The notes under the pieces: model-generated | Database searches by the model: none | Told to the model about the DNA's origin: nothing | The model's input: the letters and a program-made list of their open reading frames with translations, nothing else | Position numbers and translations under genes: made by a program | Shown: positions 49,862 through 62,673 of the stretch, piece after piece | How positions within the stretch are numbered: position 1 is the first letter of the stretch | How the letters are laid out: each line of letters begins with the position of its first letter | Assembly (NCBI GenBank): GCA_973895155.1 | Contig: OZ316891.1 | Coordinates: forward strand, 30,759,112-30,823,111 | Source of the DNA: Marsupella aquatica | Lineage: Eukaryota > Plantae > Marchantiophyta | Length of the DNA: 64,000 nt | Reading direction: 5' to 3'

Positions 49862-52800
49862 ATGGAGGTCGTCGAGGCCCGAGCTCCTGGCAAGGTGATA
49901 ATCAGCGGAGAGCATTCGGTGGTGCATGGAACTCCTGCCGTCGCGGCCGCTCTCGACCGTTACACGATCGTGCATATCGAAAGGCCGACTACAGTTGTTG
50001 GTACTTTCCCTTCCCCTTCACAGAGGAATCAATTGATCGCGTCTGCAAATTTCTTTTCCAGTCTAGATCAGAACGAGAGTGAGAATCATTGCGCTTGTGC
50101 GCTTTTGAATCGTGGCCTGTTTTCCGAGAGAACGGTTGGATAATTTTATGGCCATCCTTATTTTTGATGTCTTCAATCTGTAGACAGAAAGATCAGTTCT
50201 CCACCTATCGTTTCGCGGGCCCGATTTAATAGAAATGATTTCAAAAGCGCCAGATGAAGATTGGTACAGAGTATCGGGCCATGCGTCAATTGGCAGGATG
50301 TGATTTTAAGAGAGAAAAAGAGAGGAGGGTAAGGAGGGGGGGGGGAGTAAAAACGGAGAGATCGCCATGAAAGACAAAACATACTGCTATACACTAGAGG
50401 CGTCTCACATGGTCAAATCAGCATTCTCAAGTACCCATGCTTTCTCTGCAGGCGATAGTGGACTTCTATCCGTCGACCTTCCGGAGATCAACTTGCGGCT
50501 GAGCTGGCCCATGCAATACATCAAGCAATCTCTAAATTTCCCATTGATAGAAACAGACGCTCTGGAGACAGAGCAAATAGAGAGTATCAAGGCTGTTCTC
50601 GAAGATTTCGTCAAGAGAGAGATTTCGTCGAATGCAGACAAAGGCGCAAATGCGGGAGTGGCGGCTTTCCTCTTCCTCTATGTTTCTATCGTAGGGTGAG
50701 AACACTCTCCGCAGATTTCCATTTTACTTATGAATGACCTGCATAAATGTTTGCCAAAACAGGAGGACCCGAGTATCTGGGCTGTGATCATACTTTTGTC
50801 ACTCCGTATTTAAGGTGGTTCGCTGGCGTACATGTGCACAAAAACTCTTGAAATGAGCGTGTGTTTATAGTAGGCTTGCAGTAGGAAACTACCCTTTCCC
50901 AGGTCTTTCCGTAGATTTCATGACTGTTTCTGTCAACAATTGGGAGAGAATCCAGAACTGATTCCAGCACAGGGTGCACTTTATGGCCAGTAATACAGTA
51001 GTTCTTCGTTCTCTCTAAGCTCACCATTGGAAGCCTGTGGTCTTCTTTCCCCTAGACAATATAGAATGCCATAGCTTTTCAAACAACTTCACACTTTGGA
51101 GCAGCATGGATCTTGAGATTCTTAGAAGATGGAATCATACCCACGCCGAAATTTCTTTGATAGTTAATTGTACGAATAAATAACGTTTTAGAACACTCTC
51201 GGATCCGAATTCCTTTGTAGGGTAAGTTCCTCGTCATCAAGGAAGTGGAACTTTTTCGACGAAAGTAATTGTGGTCTTCTGAAAGTGGGGGGCGCTGATA
51301 TGGCTAATAGTTTCACAATTCAGGTTGCAGCCTCTGGAAGTGATTATCACATCTGAGCTCCCAGTGGGGTCAGGCCTCGGTTCCTCTGCAGCATTCTGTG
51401 TAGCTGCTGCTGGTGCGTTGCTTACATTGGCCGGTAAGGTGGAGCTTCAAGCCGATGGATTGAAACGCAAATGGATGGACTTAGAAGATACCGGACGGAA
51501 TCTGGTTAACACCTGGGCCTTTGAAGCTGAGAAGATCATTCATGGAAGGCCTTCAGGTGTTGACAATACTGTGAGTTGTTATGGTGAGTGTGAGCATCTT
51601 CACGTTCTCCTGGTTTTCATCAAACCATAGAATTATAGACCTTTATAACGAAACTGGAAATTGGCTGTCTGAAATAAAGACAATTTCTACAATGGACTGT
51701 CATGGAAACAAGTAACTAAAGCGTTATCAATTAACTGCTGACCATATAAATCAACGACAAACATGGATTGTCCAAGTTGCAGCCAATAACGGTAACAAAG
51801 TTGAGTGAGTCTGTTACGGGTCTCATTGCACCAGAGCTTTGGGAATCATTGTTATTTCATCTGAAGGGAGTCGTTGTTGACATTTCCACAGGTCATGTTG
51901 TGCGGTTCCAAAAAGGCCATTTGACACGTTTGCAAAACCCCATGCAACTCCGGATGTTGATAACAAATACGAATGTGAGCCGGAACACAAAAGCACTAGT
52001 TGCTGGTGTTGGAGAACGTGCAATTAGACATCCCACAGCCATGGCTGCAGTGTTCCAAGCTGTTGAAGCGATTTCCGAAGAGATTGTTTCCATTCTTGAG
52101 TCCCCGACTCCAGCTAAAAGTAAACAACCAGAGCAATATACTGCCGGGGCTGGACCAATTGCCCCAGTCCATGTCAATGGGATTGCTACAAATGGAAGCG
52201 AAGTTCATGGGAGCAAAGGTGCTGAACCAATTGCCCCAGTCCATGTCAATGGGATTGCTACAAATGGAAGCGAAGTTCATGGGAGCAAAGGTGCTGAACC
52301 AATTGCCCAAGTCCAAGTTAACGGGATTGTTACAAATGGAAGCGAAGTTCATGGGAGCAAAGGTCAAGATCCCATTCCTAGTAGTTTACAGGTATTGTCA
52401 CGGCTGGAGGAGCTGATGGTCATGAACCAGGGTCTTCTGCAATGTATGGGTGTCAGCCATCCCTCCATCGACGAAATATGTCAAACTACCTCGAGATTCC
52501 GTCTATGTTCCAAGTTGACTGGAGCAGGAGGCGGTGGCTGTGTACTCACGTTATTGCCCAGTGGTACTAACTCTAACTACCCTGTTATTGCTTTTGGCTT
52601 CTCTTTCTTTTTGGTTTTCGTACGTGAAAATCGGAACTGTTTTATTTGCACGAGTTTTCCAATCGAAGCCAGCATACACCAGTGTTGCATTAGAAGATAG
52701 CATTAAACACGTCTTTTCGATGGGGAAGTAGAAAAACAACAGCTTTAACTGGAATGAGGTTGAATTGAGGCCCTTTGCAAGACAAATGGATCAGGAAAGT

Positions 52801-53286
52801 TCATGTATATAGCAGAGAAACGGATAGTCCTTCACGACAAGTTATGGGAAGCTCTCCAGTTGGAATCTGTTGGACAAGAGATTGCAATGGTCCCTGACGA
52901 GGCTTACGTGTTCATCGGTCATTGCATTACGAATATAACCCGCAGTCGGTGATCTTGGGACTCCGATAAGTGTTTGACACAGGACTTAACCGCCCAGGAC
53001 GACTTGATAGATATCAGTTCAGATCAAAACACCAAAATGTGTTTAATAGGAAGATCTCGATGAAACGATGCAGGGTCCTTGTCCAACCCATATTTGGAAT
53101 AATCCGCACTTTGGACGAAACTCCTTCTAATTTTAGTTTTTTAATTGGCTCACAGGAACATCGCCCACAATCATTCAAAATGTAAAAACCCAGCTGGATG
53201 TTTTAGGCTACCACTGCTTTGAAGCAGGCATTGGTGGAACAGGTGTACAGGTTAATCACAGCAGTTCTTCCTTCCCAGATTTATGA
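49862..53286 (+). CDS. MVK: Mevalonate kinase; 5 exons: 49862 (or 49853)-50000, 50452-50695, 51324-51583, 51892-52563, 53156-53286
   Basis: GHMP motifs ARAPGKVIISGEHSVVHG, SELPVGSGLGSSAA, EKIIHGRPSGVDN, MNQGLLQCMGVSHPSI and SKLTGAGGGGC. GT-AG junctions keep the frame; last exon ends ...FEAGIGGTGVQVNHSSSSFPDL*. Confidence 0.95.
52154..52372 (+). repeat. In-frame 72-bp (24-aa) tandem repeat x3 inside MVK exon 4
   Basis: PIAPVHVNGIATNGSEVHGSKGAE repeated; ACCAATTGCCC at 52154, 52226 and 52298. Confidence 0.95.
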
Positions 53287-54461
53287 GGATTCTGTCCCTA
53301 GTCCGTGTCGTCACTTTAGGCTGCCAAGCTGAAGGTAGTAAGGAAGCTACGGCATGAATGAAGGGCGCTTTGTGCATGAACAACATTGGCTAACAGGTTC
53401 ATTCCTTGAAGTAGGAAGAGACACTCTTTGCATTGGCACATAATGGAAGCATATCCTCTGTTTTACCTCTGCCTGGTAGTCGCAGGGAAATTTCTGGGAA
53501 ATTCAAAAATTTACTGGAATACCCTTCGGCATAGCTCCTTCGTAAATAGGCTGGAATAAAGTTGGCTTACACATAATTCAACAGCGAACTTAAATTGTGG
53601 ACAGACTCTGAATAGCTGTCCGGAATGGACGCATCAAGTGCTAAGTTAACGACCAAAATTTGTTGTGCCAAAATCAGTGTAATAACCAGCCAACTTTCAA
53701 GCCTCTGGGAGTTCTTGGGGTGGTCTTCTCTGACTTCTACTCAATCTTGACCTTCGGTTGGCCAAATTCTCATCAAGTCCTTACCTGACCCTAACCGATA
53801 TGACCATGTTTTGCTTCTGCACACTGGTGACCTTCCCTTTCAATTTTTGGTTGGGCAAATTCTCACCAACTCCTTACCTGCCCGTGGGTCAGCGAAAACC
53901 TATAATGGTGTTTTGTTCTGAAACTAAGTGCCGTTGTCCAAAGTCAGCCTATGAGCAGGTGACTAAAAAGCTATCACTGTTGCTTTTGCTGTAATCATCC
54001 AGCATTGGGAGAAGTTGGTGCAATATATTACCTTTAACATCATCTGTCTGGGGGTCGCTAAGAGCTCCTCCTCAGCAATGGACTGAGGAGTAGATACCAG
54101 TGTATAATTTAATACCAATACAATTAGCTCAACCTATTTCTGCTCAATCACTACATGCTTGGAGAGTGCGTCCACCGACTGACGGTTTAGCACAGATCAC
54201 TATCAAACATGGATTACAGACGATTGAGGGCTAATGTACTAGGGGTTCAAAGGGGTACCATCGTACCGTGTAGGAAGATTCCTACCCATAGTTTCCTCGA
54301 GAGAAGGCAACCTTAGCACTTCTCTACAACAGGTATCCCGCTCACCATCTTTCTCTGTCTTGCAATCATGTGATCGTACTTATCTCCTAACTAGAGCGTA
54401 CAAACATCATGCCTGCATCTCGTACACATCGTATGCCAGTAAGGGGATTGGAAATTTATGA

Positions 54462-57050
54462 TTACTCCCCCGGCTTTGTCTGAGCATAGACATCAGGCTT
54501 TAGGATACCCACATAGGGAAGGTTCCTATAGTCTTCAGCATAGTCCATACCGTAGCCCACCACAAACTCATCTGGGCACTGAAACACGACAGCCGATTTC
54601 TCAATTTAGACCAGCCGAAGGACAATTGAAATTCAAAACACACTATGCGTGCATACATTTTAACCTCCAATGGATCCAGTCCAGTGCGAAGGTAGGAGAA
54701 CAGTTCTCATGGTCTATCGAAAATAATGATATCATTTTCTCATGGCATCAGGAAGAAACAAAAACTTCCAGAAATTGACGGGTAATATGCCTCTCCTGGA
54801 AGTACCAGATTTAAGTTCCAGGATAGGGGTTCCAGAATGCAAGGGAAAGGTAGCATGAATCAAATAAATATTGGTTCTTGCACGAGAGAGATTGCCAAAC
54901 CTCAAAGCCACGGTAGTATCTGCCGCCAGCTGTCAACTGGAGTGGGATTTTTCTTCGTGTAAGCTTGTCCAGTAGGGTGCAGACGGAGAGAGATTCAACC
55001 CCTCTACTCGCAAAGTGAGCTACTAGAGCCGAGAGCGTGATACCTGTATCAATTATATCTTCCACCTGGTTTACAACAGCAGAACCTGACTTTCTCAGGA
55101 ACGAATGTCTCTGGAAGATGAAAACATATTTACCATTCAATAGATCATGCGCAAAGGACTGCTTTGACATGTCCGCACGAAGTACACCAAGCTCACCAGT
55201 AGGACATGCCTGCCCTTGACGTCAATCCTTATGTCTGTGGCGATATTGGCGACGCCGCTTGATTCCGCCTTAGAACCATACGATTGTACGCGTATAAGAT
55301 CCACCGCGACTGGAACTTTGATTTTACGGACCAAATCCGCCAAGAATATGAAGGCTCCAGTTGCCACCTGCCCAGTAAGGAAACCCCCAGCAAGAAAGTA
55401 AATACATGCCTCAACTGTGACCGCTTTGCCGATTTTCTATTTACTCTCGTTAAAAGATCGTGCATATCGAAAGCCCATCTGCAGTCATTGGTAACTGAAG
55501 CATTAATGACTAACTGCCGAACCCATAAATCAACGACAAAACATGGATTGTTGAGGCTGAACAAATTGCCCAGTCCATGTGGATGGGATTGTGGCAACTG
55601 AAAACGACGTTCATCGGAGCACAGGTCAAGTTCCCATTCCTAGTAGTTTACACGCTGGAGGAGCTTATCCAGGGTCTTCTGCAATGTCTGGGTGTCAGCC
55701 ACCCCTCCATCGAAGAAATATGTCAAACTGCCTCGAGATTCCGTCTATGTCCCTAGTTGACTGGAGCACAGGCGGTGGCTGTGTACTCACGTTATCGCCC
55801 AAAGTACTAAATCTAACTACCCTGTCATCGCTTCTGGCTTCTCTTTCTTGTTGGTTTTCTAGATGGAAAACGAAACTGTTTTACTTACACGGGTTTTCCT
55901 ATCGAAGCCAGGATACACCATAGCACTAAACGCGTCGTTTAGATGTGAGAGAGAAGGGCATGAGGTTGAATTGGGGGCACTTGCAAGACACATGAATGGG
56001 GAAAATTCATGTATATAGAGAAACGGATAGCCCAGCACGACAAGTTATGGGAAGCTCTGCAGTTGGAATGTGTTAAAGACAAGATTTCAATACACTGCTC
56101 GAGAGCCTACATCGCTACCTCTTCACTCAGCTTCCAGAGTCTGCAAATAATTTCCTCTCTTGTGGGGATTAGGCTTGGGTTGCCAGAATCATCAGGAAAG
56201 TAAATAAAGAAGGAGAGCACGCTCGTCTTGGTTTGTCTTTCCCATTTCCAAGGTTGTTAATTCCCCACTTCTGGCACGTTAGCCATTATGTGCTTTTCCG
56301 AAGTGGAGATCTGTGCACCTCACGATAAACCCATTCATTCCTTCCTTCAGTCATTCATTCGATCATTACTCTACTCCCAGTGCTGGAGGGTCCCATAGGA
56401 TTGAGCCTCGCACGAAACCGGAAAGAGAGAAAGACCTCAAGAATGGATTCAACAAGAAAAAGCCAGTAGACTTGACAGAATGCACAGAACCCACCGATCC
56501 CAGCGGACCATGGGAGCATGAAATTTTGTGGAAAACGAAAATGAATTAACCCACATAAACTGGCAAAAAAGGGCAGTTGATTTCAAAAACACGACTGCAG
56601 AAGAAACTATGATACAAATACCAGAACGAGCAGATACCAGGCTAGCACGATACATTCATCAGACTAGAGACCGAACCACAATCATCAGAGAAAGCAATTT
56701 CCAAGCTCAACCACCAGTTACAGTGGAATGAAGAATTCTCAAGACACCGAATCTGAATTTACCAGTACGCACTTTATGGATAAATGCATTGGATTCTCCT
56801 CTGCATGAAAGCTATCTTCCATGACATCCACAGATACCGAGACAGAATTCAATTCCAAGTTTGCAAGAAAAAGCTGGGGACTCTTGCTTACCCCGACAAC
56901 GACAAGGGATTGACCGGAAAAGTCCTCAGAGATGGCATTTGCCAGCTCTCCTACGCGCTTGTCGAGATCCTCAGGCGACCACAACATACGTTCCATTGCT
57001 TTGTTCAACGACACAGCTGCAGTAACAGCACCGTTGCTACTCCCGTGCAT
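54462..57050 (-). CDS. HPT: Hypoxanthine(-guanine) phosphoribosyltransferase; 4 exons: 57050 (or 57218)-56892, 55367-55197, 55065-54901, 54578-54462
   Basis: VVVG|[23 protein letters not shown]|[11 protein letters not shown] (PRPP-binding loop), CTLLDK and GFE|[28 protein letters not shown]. Canonical GT-AG introns. Confidence 0.95.
55490..56100 (+). pseudogene. Diverged fragment of mevalonate kinase (intron 3 piece, exon 4 3' part, intron 4) inside HPRT intron 1
   Basis: ATAAATCAACGACAAA, CCCATTCCTAGTAGTTTACA, GGCGGTGGCTGTGTACTCACGTTAT and CACGACAAGTTATGGGAAGCTCT match ~51745, 52371, 52530 and 52833. Confidence 0.9.
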
Positions 57051-57555
57051 AATCCTCCTCCTCCTATCCTTGCGTTTGGCAGAAGAGTGAGAACGAGATG
57101 AGAGGTCTATGACTTTCACGATGGGGATCCCGAGATCCACATAATTGAAGGGAGATAGCCCAAATCCAAAAACTGGGAGGTGGGCTGTAATTTCAATGGT
57201 CAATCCTATCCTCAACATTGTCCCTGGAACAAGTCCTCTCCCAAATTCGAGGGGCCATTGGGGTCCGTCCAGCTGAAGCACATAATCTCAGGAAAACCTG
57301 TCCATTGTTCAGAATCAGAATTCACACCGGCATTTCTCATAATTGACAAAGCAGCCTGCAGAGGAAACTCTCGGTTTTGATGCACTGTCATCGAGTCGAG
57401 AATCACTTCGAATACATTGTGCACCGCACCGAGAGCAGGCCAATCGGCTCATATGAAATCACAACGGCTGTGCATTACATCTACTGAGGGAATTGGGTAT
57501 ATAAGTGTCACTGTTTCCGCACAAAGGAAAACTCCACGAGAATGAGCGAACCTTC

Positions 57556-57571
57556 CTAAACCCTAAACCCT
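57556..57571. promoter_or_regulatory. Telo-box-like motif (AAACCCTAAACCCT) upstream of HPRT
   Basis: Two plant telomeric units about 500 bp upstream of the HPRT start; telo-boxes are known in plant housekeeping promoters. Confidence 0.3.
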
Positions 57572-57736
57572 GTGCGCCCAGACAGAAATTGATGCTCCCA
57601 TGGAGCTTGAGACAATTTACACTTTACTAATTTATACCCGTTTCCAAAAAAGCGCCCAGACAGAAAATGATGCTCCCATGGACCGTGATACCTTGTATAA
57701 TTTACTCATTTACGCCTTGTCGTTTCCAAAAGGTTC

Positions 57737-57885
57737 TCAAGAGTAAACTTTGACCTTCAATATACCTCCCTTAAAATACAACTGAATTGTCTCTTCTTGG
57801 TCTAGTAAAAAGTTTTCAAGAGTAAACTTTGACCTTCAATATACCTCCCTTAAAATACAACTGAATTGTCTCTTCTTGGTCTAGT
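57737..57885. repeat. Tandem duplication, 79-bp period x2 (preceded by a ~78-bp imperfect pair at ~57574-57730)
   Basis: TCAAGAGTAAACTTTGACCTTCAATATACC...GGTCTAGT at 57737 and 57816. Confidence 0.85.
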
Positions 57886-59439
57886 TAGAAGTAGTTTTGA
57901 AAGATCTTTTCAAACCAGTAGAAACGCCTGGATGGACCTCCATGTTGGACACACTATTCCCTTGGACCACATTTTGGTGAGCTATGGGAGTTTTGGGTTT
58001 GTAATTTGATGATTATGAGTCTTAAGATGAGTTTTAGTTTTTCACCTGCAAGACAACTAGAGAAGGAGGAGTCATAAAAAAGCACAAGCCCTAATATTTC
58101 ATATTAAGGAAATAAATCTAGTAGATTTTACTCCTCGGCTTTCCATGATAATAACTCAACCAAAATGGTCAAAACTTCACTGTCACTTCAATGGAAGTGT
58201 AGCTTACCTACTCCTCTAGTGCATCCTCAAAACTAAAAAATATCAGAGTTAATGAACATCACTTTATAACAATTAAACTCAAATTTTGGAAAATGTGCTC
58301 TAGAGGGTTTCAAAAGATCAACCTTGTGGCCCATGGGAGTATCAAAATTGAGAAATTTATGAAAGCTTAAGACTATTCCATCATTTACTATCCACACTTC
58401 TAGTTTGTGAGCAAATGATATTGACATTGAGTAGTTCCCTCTGTATCCATTGGAATTTGATTTTTTGTGTTAGCCAAAAACTACCTGGAAGATCTTTCCA
58501 ATGAGCCCTAAATTGAGATTTTAGAAACCTACAAATTCCAAGATGGGGTTTCTTGTTACTTTTCACTGATCTGGACCTGGTGGGTATCAAGGTCTCCAAG
58601 CAAATGGCAGGTGCTGTGCTTGCCTTAGAAGGTTGTTGGTTAGAGCATTAATTGTCATGCATTTGTAATGGTACTACTGCCACTGTTGCGAATTAATTTA
58701 TGACCCCCTAATTTCTTTTTCAGTATGCCTTAACTTGAATTATCACTTGTATTATTTAAATCTTGAATAAAATTATGACCCCCTTATATTTTTGTTATCT
58801 TAGAGTATTTTGAGTTTATTTTGGCTCTTCTCATAAGTTTTCAATCTTTGCTATCCTTGCGATTCTAGATTATCAGCATTTGCTAATTTTAGATTTCAAT
58901 AGTATGAAATCAATCACTCCACTTAATTTCTACCACTTGTAGAAGTTCTATCTTTTCTCATGAGTGAGAGAAATGAGATGAACAATGTGCACACTGTGTG
59001 TTATTGCTTGTCTTCATTAAGTTTATGGTTTTAAATGAATTGACAGTCATTACCCAAGGCAACTGGGCAAGTGAAGATCTGTACCTTATATGCACTCGTT
59101 ATGAAGCTGCTATAATGGTGAATACACCTTTTAGTTTTTGTCTCATTCAAATTTTGTGTCCAGTATTTTGATTTTAATGTGACTTAACAAGGTGAATCAT
59201 TTGTATTAATTTAATTTTGAATTAACTTTTGGACCCCTTTTAATTTTAGTGAACTTAATGTATTTGGCTCCCCTCATAAATGTTTTATCTATCCTTCTCA
59301 ATGACTCTTTAGTGAATTCTCTTTTGTTTCATGAGAAATGAATTTGAACAATGTGCACATGTGGTGTACTAAGTTCCCCTAGTGATTTCCTTTACAAAAT
59401 TTATTGTTTTAATTGAGTTGAATGTCATTACCTAGAAGG

Positions 59440-59908
59440 CCCGGTTTTGGCCATGACGGGCATATTGGGGGGCTCGACCCCGTCAAACTGTCATCCCAAC
59501 ACCCTGTCGCCTGATCCCGACCCCAGGTCGGCCCTTCCCTGACCATGTTAGACCCGGCCCGGTCCAGACCCCGGCCCCACCAATTTCAACCCCGGTCCGT
59601 CTGAGCCCCAACCCCGCTCTGACTATGCTAGACCCTTTTTGACCCGGCGCCAACCCCGCCACCACCATTTTCAACTCTAGCCCGGCCCCAATCTCAACCG
59701 GTCCCCCCACCCATCCGGCCCGTCCCCGACCCCGGCCTGGGGAACGCTAGACCGGGGGAGTACGGGGGACCTTGGGACCGGGTCAGGACAAGGTTTGGGA
59801 ATGCCCGGGAAAAATGCAGAATATGTGTCAAATGGGTCATTTTTCCCCGTCATTTGACGCTTTGACGTGTCGGGCAAGGCATCAAGTTGCCCGTCAGATT
59901 AAACCGGG
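59440..59908. mobile_element. GC-rich MITE, 469 bp, imperfect TIRs and 8-bp target-site duplication
   Basis: TSD CTAGAAGG at 59432-59439 and 59909-59916. Termini CCCGGTTT...TGACGGGCA and TGCCCGTCA...AAACCGGG. Internal ACCCCG/CCCGG subrepeats in AT-rich surroundings. Confidence 0.85.
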
Positions 59909-62673
59909 CTAGAAGGGATGAAAATCTGTACTGTATGTATGTGCATAACTCTTTAGTACTTTTCTTTGCATGTGTATTTATGGCTTTTCATGTTATGTCA
60001 GTCAGTCTTAATTAACAGATATTAATTTATTGTCATATACTTTACATGTATTTATTTATTTATCATAAAATAAATTAAATGAATTACATATCACTACAAG
60101 ACAAAAAAAGAGTCATGTTCCTGGATTAACATGCCATATATATGCACAACTCATAGTTACTTTTGTACTTTGCTGGTAAGTGCTTTCCTTTGCATGTGCT
60201 CTACTCTCATTCACTCTTAACAGATATTATTTTCTTGGAATCAATGTATTGTATTTCTACTCTCCTCTTCTATCCTAAATAAACTAGACAATTTACATAT
60301 CACTATAAGACCAAAAAAAAATGAAGCATCTTCCAGGAAGAACATGCTATAATCCCTAACGGTGGACGTGAGTGCATGCTTAACCCACTCGTTGATGTTA
60401 AAGAGGAACTCACCCTAGACCTAAATAGAAATGCTGGTAGACTCATCTGGTTTCAGCCATTTTTTGCTTAACTCTAGTGTTTGATTGCCATAAAGTTGTT
60501 ACCTGTCAATCAAACGGAAACACTCTTCTGAATACCCCTGCATATTACACGTATAGTCTAAATATAAAAAAATTTGGTTACTGAGAAATTACAGCCTAAG
60601 GTTCTCTCTATGCATTTCGATGTACAAACACTGATGTATCAGTGTTTGCAGACTTAAAAAAATTGAGATAAAGTATGTATGGCACTTTGAAATGTAAAAA
60701 TCAAGATTTAGCAAACCTGACTCTCTCTAAGGTAGATGATTGAAGGGCTTAACAGATCAGCTGGAAGATTTTTGGAAAATTAGACCTACCTGTTTGTAAA
60801 GTTTCTGGAGTCTTTAACTTGGTGCAGCTTTTTCCAAGCAATTGTCTATGAGTCCCCAGTTACATTATAATTCAGGATTGAAGTCTTTTGTTCATGACCT
60901 CCATAATTAGAATTTCATAATGCGCGCATTAGAAAAGTTCTCCAAGTTTCACAATTTACCCTAAACTTTGTCTTGGGACCAAAATTTTTGATGGATGTAT
61001 TTCTCAGGAATCAATGGGCATGATGATGCGAAGCATTATGTGATTTACTTTGCGCCACTAAGAGACTGTATTCTCCCTACATTCCTGTGTGAGGCAGTGC
61101 AAGCTTCAGTCTGGAGCAAAGCCCAGAAGAGAATACAAAATTTGTTTATTTTTGCTTTTCCATGCCCCCCCCCACCCCCTGGATCATGACTTCACAAGTC
61201 ATACAGTTGTCACCCTTTTGCCCTCCCTGCCTCCACGCACATCCTCCATCTTGTCCTTGCTAATAGTGCAACAAACAGACATTGAACTGCTATAGTACTG
61301 ATTTACATGCAGATGTTTTTCCAGAAATCACAAAACCTTGACTACCAAAGTCTCCTATACCTTACAAATAGGCAAGTCAAGCCTGCCACAGAAGTTTTGT
61401 GCCCTTCAATCCCAGGTCTATGCTTGATGGACCCCAAAATAGAAAGTGTTACTTGAAAGAACCTCTAAGTGATCCAGAGTCACTCTTGATAGACCTTACA
61501 TCAATGTACCCAAAATCCTCAGGGTCCCATCAAGTAACAATTTTGATTTTGGGGATCTATCAAGCAAATAGGGAGTCTCAAAGCTTCCAATTTGATGGAC
61601 CTTAACTTAGTACTTAAGGTTATGGACTGCCAAATTCATAATACTCTGGACAGAAATGAAGGATGAAAGATTGGTCATATGCTATGACCATTAGTCGGTG
61701 TAGAGGCCAGTAAAAAAGACAAAAGGAACATATTTTACATATCTTGTGTAAAAACTTTGAAAATTTGTTTATGACCATCATCCACAACTTTGAAAACTTT
61801 GAAACTCCTTTGGTTTTCTGTCCACTAAGGGTTTACTTCTTTGTTTGCTTCTTCGGGGATGTTTTGTTGTTGTGGGGGACTCCTCGGTTTGTTGGGCCTT
61901 TTGGCATTCCGGTCCTTCCTTTTCCCCCCTTTTATTGTGGGGTTCATTTGCCTATCTCCCGATTTGGAGTTTTTGTCTGTTTGGCAGTGTGAGTCTGTGA
62001 TATATGGTATGAGGGCAGAATTGAAAGCACGATGGAGAATTCAAAGCGTGATGGGGGTTTCCTTCCCGCAACTAATAAGACTCCGTATTTCCCCTAAATT
62101 CTACGTGTGGGGCAGTACAAGTTTCCGGTCACCACTTCACGAGTCATAAAGCAGTTACCCCAGCCCGGGAAAATGATTTCCCTCCTTCCCGGTACGGTAG
62201 GGCACTGCCTTTCATCGCTGACCGAGACCCACCGCGAAGATCTGGGACGATGTGGACGGCGGAGATTCTCGGATGACGACGATCGGGGGGTTTGAAAGGG
62301 ACCAAAAGGGCCCCACCGAAACTGCCCCCTACTGTAGTAGTAGTCTAGTACTGCAGTAGTGGTCGCGAAGTGACCGTTGGGTTCGTCGTCCTTCGTTTTC
62401 CGTGGTTCTCCTCTGGAAAGCTTTGGAGAATTGAATTCGAGGAATGGCACGAGTGTTCTGACGTTGCCTCTCGTCTCCCCTGGAAGAATGGTTTCCGTTG
62501 AGCGGAGGGAGGGAATGTCGTGAATGATGAGCGTTCCAGTGCTGTGGGTTGATTCACAGCGGGGGAAATCGGAGCAATTTGGTCTGCTGAGAGAGAGAGG
62601 GGGGGAAATGCGAGATCAGGAAGAATTGTAGGAGAAAGAATTGTAGAAGAATTGCACAGATTGGGAGGCAAGG

